This document shows positions 15,944 to 23,944 of a stretch of DNA of 64,000 nt, one piece after another. Both the position numbers and the translations under genes were made by a program. Source of the stretch: Planctomicrobium piriforme (GTDB lineage Bacteria; Planctomycetota; Planctomycetia; Pirellulales; UBA1268); contig CAMAVC010000001.1 of NCBI GenBank assembly GCA_945861585.1, positions 5,947 to 69,946 of the forward strand, read 5' to 3'. Position 1 is the stretch's first letter. Each line of letters begins with the position of its first letter. Under the pieces are notes generated by a model that was not told the origin of the DNA, ran no database searches, and was given only the letters and a program-made list of their open reading frames with translations.

Positions 15944-17314
15944 TCAGTGGGCCGCGGCCGCCTTCCGACGCTTGGGCCCATTCCAATCGTGCGCCCGCCA
16001 CCAGTCGGGACCCTCGGCCTCGATCTCCGCCGTGTGGGACCTCAGCCGATCCAGCATGCCGGCCAGGCGTTCCGGCTCCGCGGCCGCGAGGTCGTGTGCC
16101 TCGGCCCGGTCGGTCGCGAGGTTGTAGAGTTCGGGGCGCTCGAAGGCCTCATCCGTCACGATCTTCCACTCCCCCTCGCGGTATGCCACTCTCCCGCCCC
16201 ACCGCCAATACAAGGGCTCGGGCCTGTCGATCTCGGCCCCGGCGAGCGCCGGCAACAGATTGACTCCGTCGAGCGGCCGGCCATCCCGAGGTTCGACGCC
16301 CGTGGCCGCAAGCACGGTCGGGAAAAAGTCGCTGCCGATGACGGGAACATCGCTCTCCGTGCCTGGCTGGATTCTCCCCGGCCAGCGGACGATCCCCGGC
16401 ACGCGATGCCCGCCCTCGTACATCGACCGCTTTCGCTCCCGGAGACCGCCCGTCAGGCCCCGGCCGGGCCCCTTCACGCCATCCCCCTCCGGCCCGTTGT
16501 CGCTCGTGAAAAACACGAGCGTCGAATCGGTAGCACCGATCTCATCGAGCGTCTTCATGAGCGTGCCAAAGGCGTCGTCGAGCTGCGTCACGTTGGCCCG
16601 GTAGGTCCGCTCCTCTTGATCGGCGATCGTGGTGTGCAGCTTCTCATAGCGCTCGGCCGACGCGATCGGATAGTGGGGCTCGTGCGTCCACACCGCCAGA
16701 AAAAATGGCTTTGCCGGGTCCCGTTTGGTCTTCAGCCAGGTCGTCGCCTCCTGCGCGACGAACGGCGCCGAATAGTCGTCGACCGTGCCGACGGCCTGCC
16801 CGTTTCGCACGAAGTTCTTGGGGAAGGCGTGGCTCGGCGCGGCATTGTTCTGGGTGGCAAGCCACCAGTCGTACCCATGGTCGTTGGGCTGCGGCTGGTC
16901 CGGGGCGTTGAACATCCCGTTCAAGTGCCATTTGCCGACGTGGCAGGTGTCGTAGCCTGCGTCCTTCAGCAGCCGTGGCAGGGCGATCTCGCTCGTGCGC
17001 AGATGGATCGGGCTCTTCTCAGGAATCCACGTGAACACACCGTTCCGAAATGGCGTGCGGCCCGTGAGCAGGCTCGACCTTGACGGCGAGCAGACACTCG
17101 ACGCCGAATGGCAATCGGTGAGCCGCAGGCCCTCTCCCGCAAAGCGATCGAGATTGGGCGTGATCGCCGCGGTGTTGCCATAGCAGCCCAGTTCGCCGTA
17201 TCCGAGATCGTCGGCGAGAAAGAGCACGATGTTGGGTCGCGCATCGGCCGCGACAGCCGCGGGGGCTACGAGGCAGGCAAGGAGTGCGATCAACTCGAAG
17301 CAGGCGGTCTTCAT
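15944..17314 (-). CDS. arylsulfatase (Cys-type, S1 family)
   Basis: Signal peptide, then PNIVLFLADDLGYGELGCYG and the active-site motif SVCSPSRSSLLTGR. Confidence 0.9.
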   Translation of the reverse strand: MKTACFELIALLACLVAPAAVAADARPNIVLFLADDLGYGELGCYGNTAAITPNLDRFAGEGLRLTDCHSASSVCSPSRSSLLTGRTPFRNGVFTWIPEKSPIHLRTSEIALPRLLKDAGYDTCHVGKWHLNGMFNAPDQPQPNDHGYDWWLATQNNAAPSHAFPKNFVRNGQAVGTVDDYSAPFVAQEATTWLKTKRDPAKPFFLAVWTHEPHYPIASAERYEKLHTTIADQEERTYRANVTQLDDAFGTLMKTLDEIGATDSTLVFFTSDNGPEGDGVKGPGRGLTGGLRERKRSMYEGGHRVPGIVRWPGRIQPGTESDVPVIGSDFFPTVLAATGVEPRDGRPLDGVNLLPALAGAEIDRPEPLYWRWGGRVAYREGEWKIVTDEAFERPELYNLATDRAEAHDLAAAEPERLAGMLDRLRSHTAEIEAEGPDWWRAHDWNGPKRRKAAAAH

Positions 17315-18861
17315 GGGGCTTTCGTCTCCTGCGGCTGGTCGGAGAATCGGAACGGATCGTCATGCCGCCGCATTTCGGCCACGAGCAGCTTCTCCATCTC
17401 GGCCCGCCTCGCGGCGTGCGCCGGATCGTCGGCCAGGTTTTTGTGTGTGGGCTGCGGAGCCTGAGGCAGGAGCGCCGCCACGGATGGAGCGTGGTGCTCC
17501 GCGAGGATCTCATGTGGATTGTCGGCGAGATTGAAGAACTGCGTGTGCAGGCCGCCGGAGGGCGACTCATACTTGATCAGTTTCCAGTCGCCATGCCGCA
17601 CGCTGCGCATGCCCGGCTTCTGGCCGCCGCAGTAGACGCCGTAGAGCACGTCGCGGACCGTCTGCTGACGCCCCTCGAGCACCGGCCGAAAGCTCGTGCC
17701 TTCGTTCGACGCCGGCGGCTCGATCCCGCAGATGTCGCAGAGCGTGGCGAGCGAGTCGCCGAGGTACACGTTGCCCCGCACGCGGCTCCCCGGCTGCACG
17801 CCCGGCCCTTTCACGACCAACGGCACCCGCCAGGTGTGCTCGTAGAGATTCTGCTTGCCCTGCAGGCCGTGGCGGCCGATCGCGATCCCGTGGTCCGAGG
17901 TGTAGAAGATCCACGTGTTCTCCAGTTCGCCCATCGCCTTGAGCTTGTCGAACACGCGGCCGATCTGCCGGTCGATGTGCTCGCTGCAGGCGAACTCGCG
18001 GCCGCGCTCATTGCAGATCGTGCGCTCGTCGCGGTTCGTCCACACGCCGCTCACGTCGATCTCGTCGCGGACGTCCATGTGGCCGTGGTCGAAGGGGTGC
18101 TGTGGCAGCCAATTCGTGGGCAGCGACGGCTGCCGTGGATCGGCAGATGGGAGCGACGCCTTCTCGGCATGGTTGGTGGCACCATACTTCGCGAGCAACT
18201 CCGGCGTGCCATCCCGCGTGTCGTGCGGGTGGGAGAAACCGAAGTAGATCAGGAACGGATCAGTGTCCTTCGTCCGCTCGCGTTCCTCGAGATAGGCCAT
18301 CACCTGGTCGCCGTGCCAGGCACTGCCGCCGTCCGCAGTACCATCCCGCTTCGTCGCGTCACGCCGCACGGTGAACAGGGCGTCGGCGGCCTCGTAGGCG
18401 TTGCCCTCTTTGCACGTGCGCATCGTGTCGTACCCGGCGGCGTTGAAGATCGGGGCCATCGTGAACCGCTCGAGCGCAGGCGGACAGTGCGGCATCGCAC
18501 CGGCGGTCGATGCATCGCCCTTCTTCCGCTTCGGCGTGCCCGGCCCGATCGGCAGATGCCACACCGACCGGCCGCTCATCACCATGTGCCGGCTCGGCGT
18601 GCAGACCGCGCCCGAAAACGAACCCATGTGGTAGGCGGCATCGAACACCATGCCTTCGGCAGCGAGCCGCTCGAGCACTGGCGCATGGAGCGTTGACGAC
18701 GGTTCGTAAAACCGGAAGTCAAACGGCGACTGGTCGTCGGCGATGATGTAGAGGATGTTCGGTCGCTTCGGCCCGGGCTCCACCGCGCCGCACGGTATGG
18801 CCAGCATCGCGCCCACGAGGGCCACGAGTCCGCTGATTCGCATGGGGAATCCTTCGCTCAT
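17311..18861 (-). CDS. sulfatase (Cys-type)
   Basis: Trimmed to MSEGFPMRISGLVALVGAM. ATGA overlaps occur at both ends (17311-17314 and 18858-18861). Motifs: PNILYIIADDQSP and AVCTPSRHMVMSGR. Confidence 0.85.
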   Translation of the reverse strand: MSEGFPMRISGLVALVGAMLAIPCGAVEPGPKRPNILYIIADDQSPFDFRFYEPSSTLHAPVLERLAAEGMVFDAAYHMGSFSGAVCTPSRHMVMSGRSVWHLPIGPGTPKRKKGDASTAGAMPHCPPALERFTMAPIFNAAGYDTMRTCKEGNAYEAADALFTVRRDATKRDGTADGGSAWHGDQVMAYLEERERTKDTDPFLIYFGFSHPHDTRDGTPELLAKYGATNHAEKASLPSADPRQPSLPTNWLPQHPFDHGHMDVRDEIDVSGVWTNRDERTICNERGREFACSEHIDRQIGRVFDKLKAMGELENTWIFYTSDHGIAIGRHGLQGKQNLYEHTWRVPLVVKGPGVQPGSRVRGNVYLGDSLATLCDICGIEPPASNEGTSFRPVLEGRQQTVRDVLYGVYCGGQKPGMRSVRHGDWKLIKYESPSGGLHTQFFNLADNPHEILAEHHAPSVAALLPQAPQPTHKNLADDPAHAARRAEMEKLLVAEMRRHDDPFRFSDQPQETKAP

Positions 18862-21800
18862 GGGGACTTCGTCAGCACGTCGAGGAGGTAGTCCTCGACC
18901 TTGGCGTGCTCGACGCCGGGCGCGGCGGGATAGGCCAGTTCGCACGGCACGCCCACGGCATCGCACCGTTCCTTGAGCTTGACGCCGAAGTTCGCGGTGT
19001 GGGTCGGATCCTTCTGGGGCTGCCCAAGTGCCGGGGCGGACCCATACCAGAGATAGACCGGCGGGTCGTCCGGTGTCACGAGCGCGTAGGGTGAGTACAG
19101 GTTGATCACGGGCAACAGCCGATCACGAGCGGCGAGGAAGTTGGCGAACTGGCTGTCACGCTGCCCAGGGCTCGACATGACCCCGAAGGCATGGCCGCCG
19201 TAGCGGCTGTTGGGCGTCCACTCCTTCATCTGCACCGGGTCGAGCGTCGTCTGGGCCCCGCTCACCGCCGCCGCAGTGAGCCTGGTCGACTCCCGCGCCA
19301 CGGGATCGGCGCTCGACTGATCGGCCATGTCGTCGTGGAAGGCGAGCCACAGGCTCGTGCATGCACCGGCCGAACCGCCGCTCGCAGCGATCCGCCGGGG
19401 ATCGATCTGCCATTCAGCCGCCTTGCTCCGCACCGTCTGCAGGGCCCGCGCGGCGTCGGTGAGCGGCGCCTTCACGGGCGGCTCGATACCCTCGTCCATC
19501 GCCTCCCTGATGAACCGATACTCGACGCTCGCCACCGATACACCCGCCTCGAGCAGCTTCGGCAGCATCGAGGCCAGGCCGCTCAGCCGGTCGCCCCCCT
19601 GCCAGCCGCCGCCATGGACGAAGAACAGCAGCGGAGCGGGATGCTCGGCCGTGGCCGTGGGGCTTTTCCAGAAGTGCATCCGCTGCTTCGGGTGCGGGCC
19701 ATAAGGCACGTCGGAGAGCGTCGGTGGCGGGGCGAATTGCCGGTCGTACGCCTTTCTGAACGGATTCTCGGACGGCCCGTCGAGGTCCTCGTTGACGAGA
19801 TCCTGCTGCACGCTCTGCCACCAGGCGTCGTACTCGGCGGCAAGTCGCGCGACGATGTCAGGGTGCTCCTTCGCCACATCGGTCTGCTCACCGGGATCGG
19901 CCGCGATGTCGTAGAGCTCCCAGGTGTCTGGCTTATTCTTCACGTTCACGAGGCTCCACTGGCCTTCGCGGATCCGGCAGTTGCGGTAGGCGCTCTCCGC
20001 CGCCTTGCCGCGGTCCCAGCGGCCGACGTGCGTCACGAGCGGACGGTCGGGCCAGGCGATCCGAGCGCCTCGCAAGAGCGGCGCGAAACTCCGGCCCTCC
20101 ACCTTCTCCGCGACAGTCGGCGGGATCTCGACCGCGGCGAGGTCGCAGAGCGTGGGCAAGACGTCGATGTGGGCCACGAGCGACGGCATGTCCATGCCGG
20201 CCGGCAGGCCTCCCTTCCACCGCCAGAAACTTGGCACGCGGGTACCACCACGGTAGGGCGAGCCTTTGTGGGCCCGCATGCCGGCGTTGCACACCGCCGC
20301 ACCCGCCGCCGTGCCGTTGTCGGTCGTGAACACGACGAGCGTGTCGTCGGCGATCCCCCACGCGTCGAGCTTGGCGAGCAGCCGGCCGACGTTTGTGTCG
20401 ATGTTTTCGATCATGCCGTAGAACTTCGCGATCTCGGCCCGCTGTTTCTCGTTCTTGACGCCGGCCGCGTCGAGCCGGGCGAGGTAGGGTGCGTCGGAGC
20501 CGGGCGGGCAGTCGTAGGGGGCGTGCGGGGCATTGGTCGCCACATAGCAGAAGAACGGCGCGTCGGCCTTGCGCTTCATGTCGATCCAGTCGAGCGCTGC
20601 ATCGAAGAACACGTCGGTGCAGTAGCCCTTCGTCTTCACGAACGTGCCGTCGCTGCGGACCACTGGGTCGATATAGGTGTTGCCGGGCGCGTCGCCGCAG
20701 CTGCCCGGATACGACTGCCCGATTCCGCCGCCGCCATGGATGAAGACGCGGTCGAACCCGCGCTTCCCAGGCTGGTAGGCATCCTCGTCGCCCAGATGCC
20801 ACTTGCCGAAGATGCCGGTCGTGTAGCCGGCGGTTTTCAGGATCTGTGGCAGCGTCGTCGCCGAGAGCGCGAGCCGCTCCCGCTCCAGGATCGTGTGCGT
20901 CACGCCCGAGCGGAACTCGTGCCGGCCGGTCATGAGCGCCGCGCGGGTCGGCGCACAGGTGGGGCTCGCGTGAAACTCGGTGAGCCGTACGCTCTCGCCG
21001 TGCATCCGGTCGAGGTGCGGCGTCTTCACGACCGGATTGCCGTGGGCGGCGATGTCGCCGTAGCCCTGGTCGTCGGTGATCACGTAGATGATGTTCGGCT
21101 GCTTCGTCCGCGCCTTCGCGCGGGGCGGCGCCTCCTCGCCGGCGAGCACCCGGCACTCGTCCGCGATCCTGTTCCAGGTCGCCTCGAGGTCCTTCACGCG
21201 CGCAGGCTCCGCCGCGGCGAGGTTCCGCGTTTCGCAGCGGTCGGTCGCGAGGTCATAGAGTTCCCAGGGCGTGTGTTTCGCGGCCACGAGCTTCCAGTCG
21301 CCGACCCGCACCGCACGGTGTGCGTCGTGGCACCACCAGAGCGCGTCGTGTGCAGGCGGGGCGGATGGGTCGGCGAGCGCTTTGGCGAAACTGCGCCCCT
21401 GGAAGGCCGGCACGGGCGCGCCTTCGTGCTCCGCAGGCGCCGCCACGCCCGCGAGTTCGAGTACCGTCGGCACCACGTCGATCACGTGCACGGGCTGCGT
21501 GCGGAGTGCGCCTTTCGCCGCGATCCCCTGCGGCCAGTGGGCGATCCAGGGCGTGGCGATCCCGCCTTCGTGGACCCACGTCTTGTGCCTGCGGAACGGC
21601 GTATTCGCACAGCTCGACCAGCCGGGCCCGAGGCACAAAAATGTCTTCCGCGAGCCGGGCTGGGCAGCAGGGTCGTGCCCCTCGCCACGGATCATGATCT
21701 CGGCCGAGGCACCGTTGTCGCTCGCGAACAGGATGAGCGTGTTCTCGAGGGCCCCCATCGCCTCGAGTTGCGCGACGATCCGGCCGACCTCACGATCCAT

Positions 21801-22712
21801 CGACTCGATCATCGCGGCATGGATCGCCATCTTCGCGGCCTGAAACTCCCGCTGCTCCGGCGTGAGCTCGGCCCACGGCAGCGGCCGATCGACCTCGCCC
21901 GCTCCGAGCCGGGCGAGCGTGTCGGACTTCGGCTGGTAAGGCGGCCCCACCTCCCGTTCGGGCTCGGCCGCCGGCGTGGTCGAGATCCCCAGCCGCCGCA
22001 GCCGCGCGGCCCGCGCCTGCCGCACCGCATCCCAGCCAACGTGGTAGCGATCGCGATACATCGCGATCACGTCCGGCGGCGCCTGAAGCGGAAAGTGGGG
22101 GGCCGTGAACGCGACATAGTGGAAGAACGGCTTGCCTGCCGGGTGGGCGGCTGCGTGCTTTCCGAGGCAGTTCACCGCATGGTCGCCGATCGCGCTCGTG
22201 GCATAGAACGCCTCCTGCTCGGGGACCGGTTGACCATCCTCGGTGACGCCGCCGGCGTCGAAAAAGTTACTCTGGCCGACGCCGCTCACGTCGAGCGATC
22301 GTGCGAAGCCCTGCTCGCGCGGGTCGCCGTCGATGTGCCACTTGCCCGAGTGGTAGCTCACGTAGCCGGCCGGTGCGAGAAGCTCAGGCAGGAGGCGGGC
22401 CCACGCTGGCCGCGTGCCGCCGCTGCCCCCCTTGCCGCCGGGCAGCGCGTCCCGCCGCGTCGCCTGGGCGTAATAGCCCGTGAGCAGGGCCGCCCGCGAC
22501 GGCCAACACCGCGCCGTGTTGTAGCCCTGCGTGAACCTGAGGCCGCCGGCCGCGAGCCGGTCGAGATTCGGTGTATCGATCTCGCCGCCGTAGCAGCCGA
22601 GATCGGAAAATCCGAGGTCGTCGGCGAGGATTACGACGACGTTCGGCGGGGCCGCATCGGCCACGCCACCCATCAGCCATGCGCCGAGCAACGCCACTGT
22701 TGCAAACCGCAT
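18858..22712 (-). CDS. tri-domain fusion: sulfatase - sulfatase - alpha/beta hydrolase (esterase)
   Basis: Trimmed to MRFATVALLGAWLMGGVADA, preceded by GGAGGG. Domain 1 has ILADDLGFSDLGCYG and ARCWPSRAALLTGY. Domain 2 has IIYVITDDQGYGD and PTCAPTRAALMTGR. Domain 3 has LLFFVHGGGWQGGD and ASGGSAGACTSLW. Confidence 0.85.
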   Translation of the reverse strand: MRFATVALLGAWLMGGVADAAPPNVVVILADDLGFSDLGCYGGEIDTPNLDRLAAGGLRFTQGYNTARCWPSRAALLTGYYAQATRRDALPGGKGGSGGTRPAWARLLPELLAPAGYVSYHSGKWHIDGDPREQGFARSLDVSGVGQSNFFDAGGVTEDGQPVPEQEAFYATSAIGDHAVNCLGKHAAAHPAGKPFFHYVAFTAPHFPLQAPPDVIAMYRDRYHVGWDAVRQARAARLRRLGISTTPAAEPEREVGPPYQPKSDTLARLGAGEVDRPLPWAELTPEQREFQAAKMAIHAAMIESMDREVGRIVAQLEAMGALENTLILFASDNGASAEIMIRGEGHDPAAQPGSRKTFLCLGPGWSSCANTPFRRHKTWVHEGGIATPWIAHWPQGIAAKGALRTQPVHVIDVVPTVLELAGVAAPAEHEGAPVPAFQGRSFAKALADPSAPPAHDALWWCHDAHRAVRVGDWKLVAAKHTPWELYDLATDRCETRNLAAAEPARVKDLEATWNRIADECRVLAGEEAPPRAKARTKQPNIIYVITDDQGYGDIAAHGNPVVKTPHLDRMHGESVRLTEFHASPTCAPTRAALMTGRHEFRSGVTHTILERERLALSATTLPQILKTAGYTTGIFGKWHLGDEDAYQPGKRGFDRVFIHGGGGIGQSYPGSCGDAPGNTYIDPVVRSDGTFVKTKGYCTDVFFDAALDWIDMKRKADAPFFCYVATNAPHAPYDCPPGSDAPYLARLDAAGVKNEKQRAEIAKFYGMIENIDTNVGRLLAKLDAWGIADDTLVVFTTDNGTAAGAAVCNAGMRAHKGSPYRGGTRVPSFWRWKGGLPAGMDMPSLVAHIDVLPTLCDLAAVEIPPTVAEKVEGRSFAPLLRGARIAWPDRPLVTHVGRWDRGKAAESAYRNCRIREGQWSLVNVKNKPDTWELYDIAADPGEQTDVAKEHPDIVARLAAEYDAWWQSVQQDLVNEDLDGPSENPFRKAYDRQFAPPPTLSDVPYGPHPKQRMHFWKSPTATAEHPAPLLFFVHGGGWQGGDRLSGLASMLPKLLEAGVSVASVEYRFIREAMDEGIEPPVKAPLTDAARALQTVRSKAAEWQIDPRRIAASGGSAGACTSLWLAFHDDMADQSSADPVARESTRLTAAAVSGAQTTLDPVQMKEWTPNSRYGGHAFGVMSSPGQRDSQFANFLAARDRLLPVINLYSPYALVTPDDPPVYLWYGSAPALGQPQKDPTHTANFGVKLKERCDAVGVPCELAYPAAPGVEHAKVEDYLLDVLTKSP

Positions 22713-22758
22713 CGAATGAGCCCTCCTGTCATCAGGTCGGTGACCGTTCTGCAGACCG

Positions 22759-23901
22759 TCACGGTTTCTCGATCTCGGCGACGACCTTTGCGTAGGCGGC
22801 GGCCCGTTCCTCGGGCTTGAGGCCGCGCAACTCCAGCAGCATCGGCCGCAGGCCCACGGCCCACGCCGGATTCTTCGCGATCCTGGCGTCGGCCTTCGCC
22901 CGCAGCGCATCGGCATCGAGGCTTCCGGCGGCTGCCGCCGCGGCCACGACGCTGCGCACGTATTCCGCCGCCTGCACCTCGGGGTTCGGCGTCGCCGATG
23001 CGGTTACTCGGCCGAGCGCCCAGGCGATCCCCTGCTCCATGTGTTGCTTGAACATCGGATCGTTCCAGGTCGCGTCGTTGTGGCCGAAGTTCGTGGCAAA
23101 GACGCGTCCCTGGCCGTAGTCGCGCACCCATGCCACCGGCACGTGCCAAGGCTCCTTGGGGGAGCTCGCCGCCATGTCGAGGCTCAGGAGCACGCGCAGG
23201 TTTTCAGGCTTGTACCGCGGGTCGTATTGGTAGATCTCGTCCTTCCAGCGAAACCGCTCGGGGAACATCGTCACGACAGGGTGCCCGGTGTCGTGGACGA
23301 CGAAGCCGTGCTCGCCACCGGCATTCCACGGGTGGCCGGCAAAATAGCCGCCCACCATCTCGCAGTAGGCGTCGGAACTCTTGAGCGTGTCGGTGGCGGC
23401 ATGGAAGCCGATGAAGGCCTTCCCTGATTTGATCCAGGCGAGAAACGCATCCAGATCGGGAATCGGGAGTTCACCCGTCGTGCTCGCAAAGATCACGCCG
23501 TCGAAGAGGGCGAGCGATTCCGGCGCGAACGCCTTCGCAACCTGCTCGCGGAGCGTCGCCTGCCAGGGGGCGTCGTCCTTCTTGAACTGCTCCTGCGCCG
23601 TCTTGAACGTCGCCTCCTCGGCGGCCCAGGCCGCGTCGGTGGTGTCCTTGCCCCGCTTGGGAGCCTTCGGCGCCGCCGGGCGGCCGGGCGGCATTCTGAG
23701 GTAGTCGACATGGAACAGGCCGCTCGAGCGGCCCAGTTCCTCGAGCACGCCCTCGGCCGTTGCGATCGAGGCATGCCGAAACCCCGTGGTGACCGTGACG
23801 ACGAGCAGGCGGGCGGGCTTGGGGGCGTCAGCCGCCGTGGCGGCACACGCAGTCAGCGCACCGGCGATGACTCCGAGAACCATGAGTGACACAGAGCGCA
23901 T
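22759..23901 (-). CDS. ThuA-like (trehalose-utilisation) domain protein, secreted
   Basis: Trimmed to MRSVSLMVLGVIAGALTACAA, preceded by GAGGAA. ThuA-like motifs: LLVVTVTTGFRHASI, FIGFHAATDT, GYFAGHPW, VFATNFGHNDATW. Confidence 0.75.
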   Translation of the reverse strand: MRSVSLMVLGVIAGALTACAATAADAPKPARLLVVTVTTGFRHASIATAEGVLEELGRSSGLFHVDYLRMPPGRPAAPKAPKRGKDTTDAAWAAEEATFKTAQEQFKKDDAPWQATLREQVAKAFAPESLALFDGVIFASTTGELPIPDLDAFLAWIKSGKAFIGFHAATDTLKSSDAYCEMVGGYFAGHPWNAGGEHGFVVHDTGHPVVTMFPERFRWKDEIYQYDPRYKPENLRVLLSLDMAASSPKEPWHVPVAWVRDYGQGRVFATNFGHNDATWNDPMFKQHMEQGIAWALGRVTASATPNPEVQAAEYVRSVVAAAAAAGSLDADALRAKADARIAKNPAWAVGLRPMLLELRGLKPEERAAAYAKVVAEIEKP

Positions 23902-23944
23902 AGAGGTTCCTCGCATGACGTTCACGATCAGGGATCGCCTCAGT

